Source: Naegleria gruberi (lineage: Eukaryota). Taken from it: DNA of 64,000 nucleotides. Positions 22,445 to 32,675 of this stretch are shown here, in pieces (the stretch's first letter is position 1; each line of letters opens with the position of its first letter). The DNA is taken from NCBI GenBank assembly GCA_000004985.1, contig GG738862.1. The stretch is one strand, 5' to 3'. Below the pieces are notes generated by a model. It saw nothing but the letters and a program-made list of their open reading frames with translations. It searched no databases and was not told the DNA's origin. The translations under genes were made by a program, and so were the position numbers.

Positions 22445-23485
22445 ATTGTTAGATTATTTGTGGAGTTGTTTGTTGTTGGGTTTAATAAGATTGAATTCTC
22501 TCTCTACTTGTAAAGAACCAAATATAATTTCGACAATGATGGGCAGGTTAACACACTTTTAACGTTGATAGAATACTTTCAAAGAAGTAATATATAAATA
22601 AACAGGTTGAATGATTAATTATATGGGTGATTGTGATTTATCAGGGCTTTGCCGAGAGTAAAAAGTGGTATCTTTGTTTGAGTGGTGTGATCGCTGAACA
22701 GCAGGTTATGTCGAATATATTTGTGTTCTTTGCAAAGAGGAGGTTTCAATGCAAATTATTTCTTTCAAAATAGATAAATCCCACTGGAGCGTTTTAAAGA
22801 TTTTTAACCGATTGTTTTCTAGCCTTGAACCTTCATAAAATTAAAAATAGTTTTGCCTTTCAACTAAAAATACATTTTTGATTTGTTTTGTTAGTGGCGC
22901 CAATTGCATTTCTTTGAAATTCCGGGTTTTCCGTGTATTACAATTAAGCTTTTTTATTGGGCCGTAGATGATCAACAAAATTCACACAACAGGTGTGCTT
23001 GTGAAAAAGATAAAAGACTTATTGGATTTATTTGTTAAAGTTCAGATGTTGTCCATATATACATTCTGTAGCTACACAACTGTTGTTGCAATTACTGCAA
23101 TACAAATGAATAAAGGGCATGTGGGTTTTGGTTATTTGAAAGACAATTTTATGCCATGTGCAATTTATTTGTTGAGGATTGAGTCTATTGGAAAAATGTG
23201 AAATTCTGCAATAAATTGTTGAATTGGTATTAGGATTGAAAGGTCCATTTATTCGTTAACGAATCCTTTCGATTCTAACTATGTGAATTTATTCATTTAA
23301 AGATGTATCCTCAACGATTAGTTTCATTTAAAGCTCCGTCTCACTTGAGATGCAACATTGTTAACGATACAAAAGATATTTTGCAGAATTGGAAATACTA
23401 CGAATTACAGTATCTACGAATTTTATTTACAATATATTCTATAATTTACAATCCTTTAACTCCAAAGGAATCAATGATGAATGAC

Positions 23486-25222
23486 CTACGTTGTGAGAAA
23501 ATGTGAATAAATGACATGCAACTGTCTGGATGTATCAGAATTTTCAAATTGTGGAATTGTTGTTTCATAATCTCGTAGATAAATTATCTTATTGTCAGAA
23601 TCGGTTTTTTGCTTCTTTTCTGGCATACCTAAATTCTTCTTGGAACCAATAACAATATCTCTTCTATTGAGTTTGGTTATGAAAAGACGAATATCAATAA
23701 GTGTAGACCAATAGAGTCCTAGGGATGGTCTAGTAATTTCACTTGGTGTTACTCTAAAGTAAGATCTCACTTTTGAAATGTCTCCAATCATAAAATCATC
23801 CTCATCATTATCCTCTTCTTCATCTCTATGTATTTCCTTAGGCATATTATAAATGTATGAACTATGAGCTTCTTCATTATTAAGACTTTCATTTCTATGA
23901 GATTGATGATATCTTTTCGTAGCTTCATTTTCTTCTTGGAAGAATGATGTTACTTGATTCAAAACTACAAATAATACTCTATATTTGGTTGCTAAATATT
24001 TCATGGCTTGTATCTGATTCTGTAAAGATCCAGCTCTTTCTATTGTTGAATTGGCAGATGAATCTCTATACAGCATACCCATAGAATCCAATACAACAAC
24101 CTTTATACCTCTCTTTTCAATTTCATTCTCCAACATGGTCATTGAGTGATGATTCTTTCTAACCAATACTTCATCTAATTCTTCTTTAGTCACAACCTTT
24201 TTCTGTATTATATTATCTAAAAGGTATGATGTTTCAATAGTCTTGTCAATATTATGTTGTTTGTAATACTCATTACATTGTCTAGCTCTGGCTTGTGCCA
24301 TTTCATCCAATCTCTCTACAGGATTTTGTTCAGAAAATAAATAAATAGATTTAGAATTTAAACCTCCAAATTCTTCTGGTAAAACTGATTGTAAACATAA
24401 TTGGAGAGCTAATTGAGTTTTACCACTACCTGCCACACCTGATAATTCAACAACAAATCCTCCACTTGTTTCCTTGAAAGGAATTCCAAAGATGCAATCC
24501 TTCTTACTTATTGGTGTTTCGAATAGTGAATCTAGTACTTCGTCTCCAAGTGATAAAAATTTTGGTTTTGAATTTGTATCATTTTGAATTTCTAAAAGTG
24601 ATCTAGGTGCTCTCAATAAAACCTGTTGTGCAATATCATGGAATATAATATCGACATGCTCAGATATGAATCCTTTGTGTTTAACAGGTAATGATTGAAG
24701 ATGATGTAAAAATTCTCTTTTGAAATTTTCTCTATCAATGCAATATTTTGACAAAAAAGTGAATAAATATATACAATTCATAGCTCGGAAGGTTAATTTT
24801 AACTGTTCTAGTGTTGGAAATGGTACATAGAATTGATCATTATTTTCATCTACAAAAGCTAAAGGAGGGAGTGGATAATCTGTATCAAAGAATGATTGTA
24901 AAATTTCCAAAATTGTTTTGTTTTGTACTTCTGATGAAAATCCATCTTGATAATCGTAATTATTTCTTGTTTCATTTGTATAATCATCATAGGTTTCCTC
25001 TTCCACAGATTCTTGTAATTCCTTGGTATCAGATTTTTCCAATTCCTCATCCTCCAACAATTGTTCTAATAATTCGTCATCGATCATTTCATCCCTATTT
25101 AACATTGCTAATGCAGATTCTTCTTCTGTTGTGGTAGTAGAAACTTGTTTGGTATTTTCTTCTTCACCACCCTCGTCTTCAATAATATTTGGTGATTCGG
25201 GAACACTCTCCATAGAGGACAT
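23486..25222 (-). CDS. XRCC3: RAD51 paralog, XRCC3-like RecA-fold ATPase. The N-terminal acidic extension and the true start are uncertain.
   Basis: ELSGVAGSGKTQLALQLCLQSVLPEEFGGLNSKSIYLFSE matches the XRCC3 Walker A region (AGKTQLALQLCL...GGL). Walker B is VVVLDSMGMLYR. C-terminal PSLGLYWSTLIDIRLFI resembles the XRCC3 tail. Confidence 0.6.
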   Translation of the reverse strand: MSSMESVPESPNIIEDEGGEEENTKQVSTTTTEEESALAMLNRDEMIDDELLEQLLEDEELEKSDTKELQESVEEETYDDYTNETRNNYDYQDGFSSEVQNKTILEILQSFFDTDYPLPPLAFVDENNDQFYVPFPTLEQLKLTFRAMNCIYLFTFLSKYCIDRENFKREFLHHLQSLPVKHKGFISEHVDIIFHDIAQQVLLRAPRSLLEIQNDTNSKPKFLSLGDEVLDSLFETPISKKDCIFGIPFKETSGGFVVELSGVAGSGKTQLALQLCLQSVLPEEFGGLNSKSIYLFSEQNPVERLDEMAQARARQCNEYYKQHNIDKTIETSYLLDNIIQKKVVTKEELDEVLVRKNHHSMTMLENEIEKRGIKVVVLDSMGMLYRDSSANSTIERAGSLQNQIQAMKYLATKYRVLFVVLNQVTSFFQEENEATKRYHQSHRNESLNNEEAHSSYIYNMPKEIHRDEEEDNDEDDFMIGDISKVRSYFRVTPSEITRPSLGLYWSTLIDIRLFITKLNRRDIVIGSKKNLGMPEKKQKTDSDNKIIYLRDYETTIPQFENSDTSRQLHVIYSHFLTT

Positions 25223-25463
25223 GATGAAAGGCTTGTTTTCTTGGAGCTATTTTTTTATGTGATTTGGTTATTTTAATTTCCATCAAAAATTGGAAAATAA
25301 TAACTGTCAAGTTTTCTTAAGAGAACAGTCCAACTTGAATATTGAAGAACAAAATATTCTTGTTTGTTAAGTATTAAATTAACTTTTTGATAAGGCTTGA
25401 TGATGTTTATGTTCGTTAAAAGTTTTCCCGCTCTTTTTTAAATTAAATAAAAATCATAAAAAA

Positions 25464-27278
25464 ATGTTCAATAACAACACTTCTCGATCTTTTGTATATA
25501 ATAACAATAATCAGGACTTACTATTCGGTGGTGGTGGAAATAATCAAGTATCATCATATTTGAATAGGAATGAACCTACAAGAGAGTCATTGAATAACAG
25601 TATTATGAAATCTAATTCCAATAATAATAGTATGCTTGGTGGTGGTAATAATTTGAGACAATCACTGGGAGGAAATAATAATTATTTATCAATGTTCCAT
25701 GATGATGATGATGAAGATGTATTTGATACAGCAGGTATTAACTCTCAACCTATGATGAGTAATAATTCCTTCTTAAATTCGGGACAACATAATGTTTTAA
25801 ATAATACAATGAATAATAATAACAATTTGGATAATAGTAAATTAAATAATAGTAGATTTACTCATCAGACATCTAATTTTAATAACACTAGCAAATCCTC
25901 AATGTATGGTGGTGGCCTACCATCTTCTCAACCTTTTGCTAATACATCCTTCAAATCTTATTCAATGAACAAACCTACTGGTATCTTTTTATCAAATAGA
26001 GAACAATTACCTCAATGTATGGAATATATCAACAATAAGATTAGTAACACTATGGCTTTATTGCCTTTAATGTCATTTTATAGTGAGGCTAATGCTATGA
26101 ATTCATTTAGATTGGATTTTAATAACTCTGATAATGATATTTTTGTTGTGAATGTACTTTATTACCTTTTAAAGGAAAGAGAAGATGATTCAGCTTCAAA
26201 AGTTACATTACAAGACAAAGTTAAAAGATTACAATGTGATCAAAGTGCTCTTCAGTTGAATAATAACAAATTGGAACAAAAAATTGTTGAACTACAAAAA
26301 CTTTACAACCTCGAACAACAAAAACATACAACACTTCAAAAGGAATCAAGAATGAAATTGAAAAAATTGGAAACAGCAAAAACAGCTTTGGAATCTCAAA
26401 ATAAGAATATTCAACAAAAGTGTGATCAATATGAACACAATCTGATAAAAATGGAAAAGGAAATGGATAAATTAAAGCAACAAATGACACACAAATTGAA
26501 TATGCTTCTCAATATGAATTTATATGGAAGTAATTTAAATTCAAGCAAAGTAGATGTAATTAATCAAACAAATCATCCTGCAATTTCATCACCAGCCATA
26601 ACACTTTCACCACATCATAACAAATCTTTTGCTTGGAAACATGGTTTGGAAAGAAATGAAGATATTCTCTATCAAAATGTAGTTGAAGCATTTAAAGATG
26701 AAAAACAAGAAATTCTTGCAGAGAATCAACAACTCAAGAGGTCATTAAAACAATTGAATGGAGAGTTGAATAATTTGAGACAACAGTACTCAATAACAGC
26801 ACCTCTATTTGATAGTCTTAAAGATGGGCAATTCGAGTTACCATACCATCTTGCCCAAGAAGAAATTGAATCAGCCATTAGAGATAAGATTCAAGATATA
26901 AGTAATATTATGGGAAAGTCTTCGCATTTAGGAGGTGGAGGAGGCATGCACAGTTTAGATGCTGATGTTGATGATATTGACTTGACTGATCCTGTTTCTG
27001 TTAAAATAGCATTAGACTCATTGAGGAATCAGTGCAATGAATATAGGAGACAATTAAATTCGAGACTAGAACATTACCCCTTCCAACACACATTTTCAAC
27101 AGCATCATTGGGTCAAAATAGGAGTGAATCATCGCCGACCTTCCCAACCAACATTCCAAGATTACACACTGATGACCAAAATCTTGAACAATTAATGTTA
27201 GACACTAATGAAATTCCACTCGATGAAGATGTGGCAGTTTCTGCACATAGTATAACTACAAACTATAATTTCCTCTAG
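25464..27278 (+). CDS. Asn-rich coiled-coil protein (604 aa), function unknown.
   Basis: Long ORF with N-runs and heptad-like stretches (LEQKIVELQKLYNLEQQKHTTLQKESRMKLKKLETAK...). Confidence 0.5.
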   Translation: MFNNNTSRSFVYNNNNQDLLFGGGGNNQVSSYLNRNEPTRESLNNSIMKSNSNNNSMLGGGNNLRQSLGGNNNYLSMFHDDDDEDVFDTAGINSQPMMSNNSFLNSGQHNVLNNTMNNNNNLDNSKLNNSRFTHQTSNFNNTSKSSMYGGGLPSSQPFANTSFKSYSMNKPTGIFLSNREQLPQCMEYINNKISNTMALLPLMSFYSEANAMNSFRLDFNNSDNDIFVVNVLYYLLKEREDDSASKVTLQDKVKRLQCDQSALQLNNNKLEQKIVELQKLYNLEQQKHTTLQKESRMKLKKLETAKTALESQNKNIQQKCDQYEHNLIKMEKEMDKLKQQMTHKLNMLLNMNLYGSNLNSSKVDVINQTNHPAISSPAITLSPHHNKSFAWKHGLERNEDILYQNVVEAFKDEKQEILAENQQLKRSLKQLNGELNNLRQQYSITAPLFDSLKDGQFELPYHLAQEEIESAIRDKIQDISNIMGKSSHLGGGGGMHSLDADVDDIDLTDPVSVKIALDSLRNQCNEYRRQLNSRLEHYPFQHTFSTASLGQNRSESSPTFPTNIPRLHTDDQNLEQLMLDTNEIPLDEDVAVSAHSITTNYNFL

Positions 27279-27335
27279 CTTACTAACTTGAAAACTAATC
27301 TAACGAACAAGTGAATCAAATAATTTTCACTAACT

Positions 27336-28610
27336 TTATTTCTTTAATTCATATTGATTGTCATAGTAATAAATTTCCTGTCTTGGATAATTAGAAGTTG
27401 GTTTTTCCACTTGAATTCTAACATGTCTTAAAAGATAGACTAAATATCCTATTATTGAAACAACTACAAATGTTAAATATTTTCTCTTATTTGGTAAGGC
27501 TGGAACAAGTTGATGTGTTGTTGATCTTTTAGTATTTAAATTTTGAATTGGTGTAATATTATTAACCATAGAAGAAGAATCATGTGATTTTGATGATAAA
27601 TTATTTTGATATTGAATGAAATATTGATTTGATTCATAAATGAATTCATCATGTATAGTACTTAACCATCTCTTCAAATTTGGATATCTATTAAAAATTT
27701 TAGTTACTAAATTATTTTCTAATGAATCGTTTGAATTAGATTTTACAATAGAAATAGATGTATGATAAATTGTACTCAAATATCCATATACAATTGTATC
27801 TAATGTGGAAGGATTATGTCCATAAAAATACTTGTTATCACTTCCTAATAACATATTTAAAGAATCCAAACATTCAATAAATAATTTAACACTAATTTTT
27901 TCGTCATGAGTTATTAAACCTAAATGATTCATTGTTTCTTCATCTAAATTTTTAAAAGTTTTACTTGATATTAAATTTTTATAAAGTTGAACATGTTTGT
28001 TTCTATCAGAATAAGTATGAATCCATCTAGAAATAACAGACATGTTACTAAAATATAAACTTTTTGTATAGGATTTGAAAATATCATCTCTATTCCAAAA
28101 GTAATGTAAATAAAAAGGTAAACATTTTTCATGTACAATATTAATAAAAGCTTCAATTTCTGTTTGAATTTGTTGTAAACTTGTTGAAGTATTTTCATTC
28201 AATGTCAAATTTGAATCTAAATTTTCTCCTTTACTTTTTAAGTAATTTAAAATTTCATTCATTCCATAAATTACAACGTTATTTTCACTATAAGAATGAA
28301 CAAGTATTGGAAAATGAATATCGTTAGATGAAATATGATTAGCATAAATAGATGATAATATACATGATGGTTCCATAATCTTAATTTTATATTTAATATT
28401 AGAAAATACCAAATAGGCATTAATTATTGTTGAATAAATATCAATATTAAACAAATGTTCGTTATCACTTGTTTTATTATTTAATAAATCCGAATAACTA
28501 ATATATAATGTAATAGAATTTTCTTCTCTATCCGATGATGATGAATCGGCTACCATTTGATGATGCGAATAGGAGGAGGAAGAACCACCATGTTGTTGAT
28601 GATAAAACAT
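27336..28610 (-). CDS. Metaxin-like (GST-fold) mitochondrial outer-membrane protein with a C-terminal TM anchor.
   Basis: EKCLPFYLHYFWNRDDIFKSYTKSLYF matches metaxin KLLPVLVHTFWID...YVEVTRKWY. KYFYGHNPSTLDTIVYGYLSTI matches QKFFFGDAPASLDAFVFSYLALL. C-terminal TM LTFVVVSIIGYLVYLL. Confidence 0.5.
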   Translation of the reverse strand: MFYHQQHGGSSSSYSHHQMVADSSSSDREENSITLYISYSDLLNNKTSDNEHLFNIDIYSTIINAYLVFSNIKYKIKIMEPSCILSSIYANHISSNDIHFPILVHSYSENNVVIYGMNEILNYLKSKGENLDSNLTLNENTSTSLQQIQTEIEAFINIVHEKCLPFYLHYFWNRDDIFKSYTKSLYFSNMSVISRWIHTYSDRNKHVQLYKNLISSKTFKNLDEETMNHLGLITHDEKISVKLFIECLDSLNMLLGSDNKYFYGHNPSTLDTIVYGYLSTIYHTSISIVKSNSNDSLENNLVTKIFNRYPNLKRWLSTIHDEFIYESNQYFIQYQNNLSSKSHDSSSMVNNITPIQNLNTKRSTTHQLVPALPNKRKYLTFVVVSIIGYLVYLLRHVRIQVEKPTSNYPRQEIYYYDNQYELKK

Positions 28611-28734
28611 TTTTTTTAAAAAGGCTTTTCACCACTAAAATCAAAGCCTTGTTTTTAGCATGCTTCTCTTTGGAAAGCCTTTATTCAATCAATTTATGAA
28701 GGCTGTTTGGTTGTTGAGGTTTGAAATTGAAAAA

Positions 28735-29734
28735 ATGCCACCATCGGATTCTGCAGTTTTTAAATTTAATTTCATGGTTAATGATAATGATAGTGATGAT
28801 GATGATGACGAGAATAATTCATCGGAAGAGAGTAAATTTGCTCCAACCATTGAAAAGAATGAAGAAATGAAGGATAATGTAGAATTGGAACCATTTAAAA
28901 TCATTAATTACAAAGATTTAAATACAAGAAAACAATATAATGAACATGTTCATACTTGGAAACATTTAAAATTTATTAATGTTACATCAATTATTTCAAA
29001 TCATGTTTCTCAACAATTAAATACAGATTTAGTTAAATATAAGTATGAAGGTGGATTTAAATTATGGGAATGTTCGGAAGATTTAGTTGAATTTATGACA
29101 AGTAATTTGAATTTTGTTGAAGAAAATGTAAAGAATAAGAATATATTAGAATTAGGATGTGGTCATTCTTTACCTTCTATTCATTGTTTATTATATTGTA
29201 ATGCAAATATTTGTGCTTTTCAAGATTATGTATGTTTTTTAATATTATTCCATATTGTAATATTAATATTAATAATATTAATAGAATCATGATGTTATTG
29301 AAAATTTAACAATACCTAATATTATAGTAAATTTGAATGATGAAAAACTTTTAGATAAAACAATGGAAAGATGTGAATTTTATTCTGGTGATTGGGGTTT
29401 CATGTCTGAACAACAATTGAACAAATTTGATTTAATTTTAATGAGTGATACTATTTATCATGTTGATTCCTATGATAGATTATATAGAGCTATTAAATCA
29501 TCTTTAAAGAAGGGTGGAAAAGTGTATGTTTTTTATTGTAATATTAATAATTTATTGTAATGATATAGATTGTGTGGAGCTAAATCATATTATTTTGGAT
29601 GTGGTGGAAGTACTAAACAATTTAAGGAATTTATTCAACAAAAAGAAGGTTCCAATGTAAAGATTGAAACTGTTAAGGATATTATGGATGGAACTTCAAA
29701 TGTTCGTGAAATTTTACTTTTTACTTTCAATTAA
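28735..29734 (+). CDS. METTL18: METTL18/Hpm1-type protein-histidine N-methyltransferase, join(28735..29229,29285..29523,29569..29734).
   Basis: SAVFKFNF start block (human MTFQFNF), YEGGFKLWECSEDLVEFM, ILELGCGHSLP (SAM motif I), AFQDY|NHDVIENLTIPNIIVN across a 55-nt GTATGT..ATAG intron, and C-terminal SYYFGCGGSTKQFKEFIQ across a 45-nt intron. Confidence 0.65.
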
Positions 29735-29855
29735 AAGAAAATACATTTCAATTATTTAGTATCTGTTTTTGCTGCAAGTAGATTATTCCTTTCGCATACT
29801 TTCTCATACTGGCATTGAACTCTGATAGTCACGAACTTATGATTGAATATAAGAA

Positions 29856-29926
29856 GCGTCGATGGTTTAGTGGTAGAATACGGCGTTGCCATCGCCGTGA
29901 CCCGGGTTCAATTCCCGGTCGACGCA
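29856..29926 (+). tRNA. tRNA-Gly(GCC): tRNA-Gly (anticodon GCC), 71 nt.
   Basis: GCGTCGA acceptor stem pairs with TCGACGC. D-loop AGTGGTAGAAT, anticodon loop TTGCCAT, B-box GGTTCAATTCC, discriminator A. A T5 run follows. Confidence 0.9.
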
Positions 29927-29937
29927 TTCAGAATTAA

Positions 29938-29942
29938 TTTTT
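29938..29942 (+). terminator. Pol III oligo-T terminator for the tRNA-Gly.
   Basis: TTTTT run 12 nt downstream of the tRNA 3' end. Confidence 0.5.
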
Positions 29943-30129
29943 ACTTTTATCTCTCACAATAAATTATTAAAATTTTTATTTTAAAAACTATACATTCACA
30001 TCTACCAGAAACTCAATTTTTACATCTTCAATCGTTATATTCATTGAATAAATCATCAAAGTTTTGACCCCATTTTTTAATAAATATTAAAAAAAATAAA
30101 ATTCTAATTTTAAAAATAAAAAAATAAAA

Positions 30130-31398
30130 ATGATATCATCCAAACAACAAGCAATTTCATCATCTATTAATGAACAACAACAGCAATTTGTCGATCATTT
30201 AGCATCATTAGATTATGATCCGAGCAGAGAAATACATTCATCTATTAGTTCTCACAATAACAAACAAGATAATGAATATCATGATGATCAAACATTGTTA
30301 TCTGATCTTCCACCGGAAATAATTTCATCAATATTTAGTTTTATTCCATTATTTTCATCAACAACAATGACATCCAATCTAGATTTGATGGATAATTGGC
30401 AAAATGAAGAAAAACAAAATTCAACCATTTCATCAATTTTATCAAGTTGTAAATTATTTAAATTATTAATAGAACAAGAATGGAATAATAAATTGGATAG
30501 AAATGTATATATTCAAACAAAAAAGGAAAATTATGAATTTTCACAATTAAAAATACAATTACAATATTATGAAAAATATTATGGAAGTTTATTTGATAAA
30601 AAATCTAGAATGGTACCAATAATGAGAATTATAATTATTTTATTATGTTTATTTGGTTTTTATGATTTTAATTTTTCAATTCAATTTATGTATATTCCCT
30701 TTTTTATACATATAATACCATTTACTGTATATTCCTTAATTGGGTATTGGAAATATAAAAGAAGATTTACAACATTTCCATTAAGATTAAGTTTAAATCA
30801 TTTAGCTAGTTCACAGATTATGTATTTATCTTTAATCAGTTTTACAATTTCATATGTTACATTATTCTATGGTGGAGTTTATTATAAATTGAATTATTTA
30901 AATAATACAAATATAGAAAATACTATTCATGGAAATTATATTTATTTTAAATATGAAATATATGTTGGATTAATAATTAGTATTTTAATTGGAATTTCTT
31001 TATTAGATGTTTGTTTAATTGCTATTAGAAAATATTCCAAAACTAGACATTTTTTATTACTATTAATAGTTATATTACCATTGTTATTATTTTATTCATG
31101 TATTATAATTGGTAAATTTATTACATTTTCATATATTATACTTTCTATTTTTTGTATAACAGCAACTATTGCATTAATATATTTAGAAAGTCAAAAAAAG
31201 GAAAAATTATTATCATTATTTTGTATTTTATCATTTTTATGTATTTTAATTTATTTAATTTTCAATTCATTACCATATTTTGAATATGTTATTATTATAT
31301 CACAATTATTATTTAAATTCTATGTTGGTTATTATGGAAAAAATAATGAATTTGAATGTTACTGTGAAAATTGTAAATATAAAGTTGTACATTTATAG
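30130..31398 (+). CDS. F-box-like N-terminus followed by a multipass transmembrane protein (422 aa).
   Basis: LLSDLPPEIISSIFSFIP (F-box-like) followed by at least 6 hydrophobic helices. Very AT-rich coding sequence. Confidence 0.5.
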   Translation: MISSKQQAISSSINEQQQQFVDHLASLDYDPSREIHSSISSHNNKQDNEYHDDQTLLSDLPPEIISSIFSFIPLFSSTTMTSNLDLMDNWQNEEKQNSTISSILSSCKLFKLLIEQEWNNKLDRNVYIQTKKENYEFSQLKIQLQYYEKYYGSLFDKKSRMVPIMRIIIILLCLFGFYDFNFSIQFMYIPFFIHIIPFTVYSLIGYWKYKRRFTTFPLRLSLNHLASSQIMYLSLISFTISYVTLFYGGVYYKLNYLNNTNIENTIHGNYIYFKYEIYVGLIISILIGISLLDVCLIAIRKYSKTRHFLLLLIVILPLLLFYSCIIIGKFITFSYIILSIFCITATIALIYLESQKKEKLLSLFCILSFLCILIYLIFNSLPYFEYVIIISQLLFKFYVGYYGKNNEFECYCENCKYKVVHL

Positions 31399-31679
31399 AA
31401 TTTTATTAAAATATATATATGGAAAGTTCACCGATTTGTTTTTTTCAAAATGTTGGAAACTCTAACACAACAAATAAATTCCTGCGAGGTCCTAACAAAA
31501 GTGATTGTACGAAACTTTAAATGCAATCGAAAAATCCATTCAGCAACCTAAATTTGAAACGTTACAGACATTCTTAAAATTGTAACTCGCTAGAAACGGT
31601 TATGCATGAGTTTGATGTAAATCACTCATTTCAAATATTTGAGAAACTAAGAATTGAGATAAGAATGAAATATATTGAA

Positions 31680-32555
31680 TTAAAATTTGTAGTACTCTTT
31701 CACTAATTGTGTAACAATATTTTGGAGCTCATTGTAAAAACCAACAAAGAAATGATCAGATCCATCCATAGGAATTAGTTCATGAGAAAATTTAGAACCA
31801 AGATTCTTTTCCTTAACTTGATTTTTGAAAAATTCGTGGAATTGTTGAGAATCTGAGAATGGAATCATTGAATCTCTATCACCATGTATTGAGTAGACAC
31901 GCAATGGATAATTTTCTTGTAATTGAATCTTGGTATCGACCTTCCCACGTTCTTCAAGAGCTTGCTTTGTAACATAAAGCTCTTTAATAATATCAGTTGA
32001 GCAAACAGTTACTGAGCCACCAATGGTGAAAGTTTTCCATAAGAAACGACCACTCTTTGCCAATTCTTCTCTTTCACTTTCAGTGAATCTATTAATTGGA
32101 GTATTACTCATATCAAATCTTCCACATAAATTCACAACAATTCCATTTTGTACATATTGGGGATACTTGTTTGAGTATAAGAGAACAACATTTCCTCCTT
32201 TCGAATGTCCACAAAGTGAAATTTGCTCATATTTCAAAGTATCTTTGAGATACATGACAATGGAGTGAAGATCTTCAACTTCTTTATAATAATTTGAATA
32301 GGAAAATTCACCTTCACTTTCTCCATTACCTGAAAAATCAAATCTAAATGTATCAAAATGTTCATCAAATAATTTAGGGAATATTAAATAGTTTTTATGG
32401 CAAGCCAAACCATGACAAAGAATTAGAATTGGTTTTTTGGTAGTACTAGCTGATGATGATTCATTGGCACCTTGTCGGAGTATTCCGAGCATGGTCTCAT
32501 TACTAGAGTTTTTAACGTGATGAATGGATTCGTGGAAGGTTTGAGTTGTGGCCAT
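31680..32555 (-). CDS. Alpha/beta-hydrolase-fold protein (serine hydrolase, ABHD-like). The start is most likely the second Met (MATTQT).
   Basis: LCHGLACHKN (HG motif), FDFSGNGESEG and LCGHSKGG (GxSxG nucleophile elbow). Confidence 0.65.
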   Translation of the reverse strand: MATTQTFHESIHHVKNSSNETMLGILRQGANESSSASTTKKPILILCHGLACHKNYLIFPKLFDEHFDTFRFDFSGNGESEGEFSYSNYYKEVEDLHSIVMYLKDTLKYEQISLCGHSKGGNVVLLYSNKYPQYVQNGIVVNLCGRFDMSNTPINRFTESEREELAKSGRFLWKTFTIGGSVTVCSTDIIKELYVTKQALEERGKVDTKIQLQENYPLRVYSIHGDRDSMIPFSDSQQFHEFFKNQVKEKNLGSKFSHELIPMDGSDHFFVGFYNELQNIVTQLVKEYYKF

Positions 32556-32675
32556 TTTTTTTCTAGATTTGATTGAGAAATTGATTTGGTTTCGGAGCAT
32601 TAAATAATATTCGCCTCTACATTTGTTGGGTTCAGAAAAAGTTGAAAGTTTGTTGTTCGAAATCAAGTGATGTTG

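Noticed and set aside
23252-23263. 12-bp perfect palindrome TTCGTTAACGAA downstream of the XRCC3-like gene.
   Set aside because: It is short, AT-rich and contains HpaI-like GTTAAC. Such palindromes occur by chance in AT-rich DNA, and there is no flanking structure or repetition to suggest a regulatory or mobile-element function.
29750-30125. tRNA-associated retroelement (TRE/DGLT-like) insertion next to the tRNA-Gly, as is common in Dictyostelium.
   Set aside because: The sequence flanking the tRNA on both sides is short and unique, with no ORF, LTR or A-rich tail. The next gene begins 200 bp downstream.
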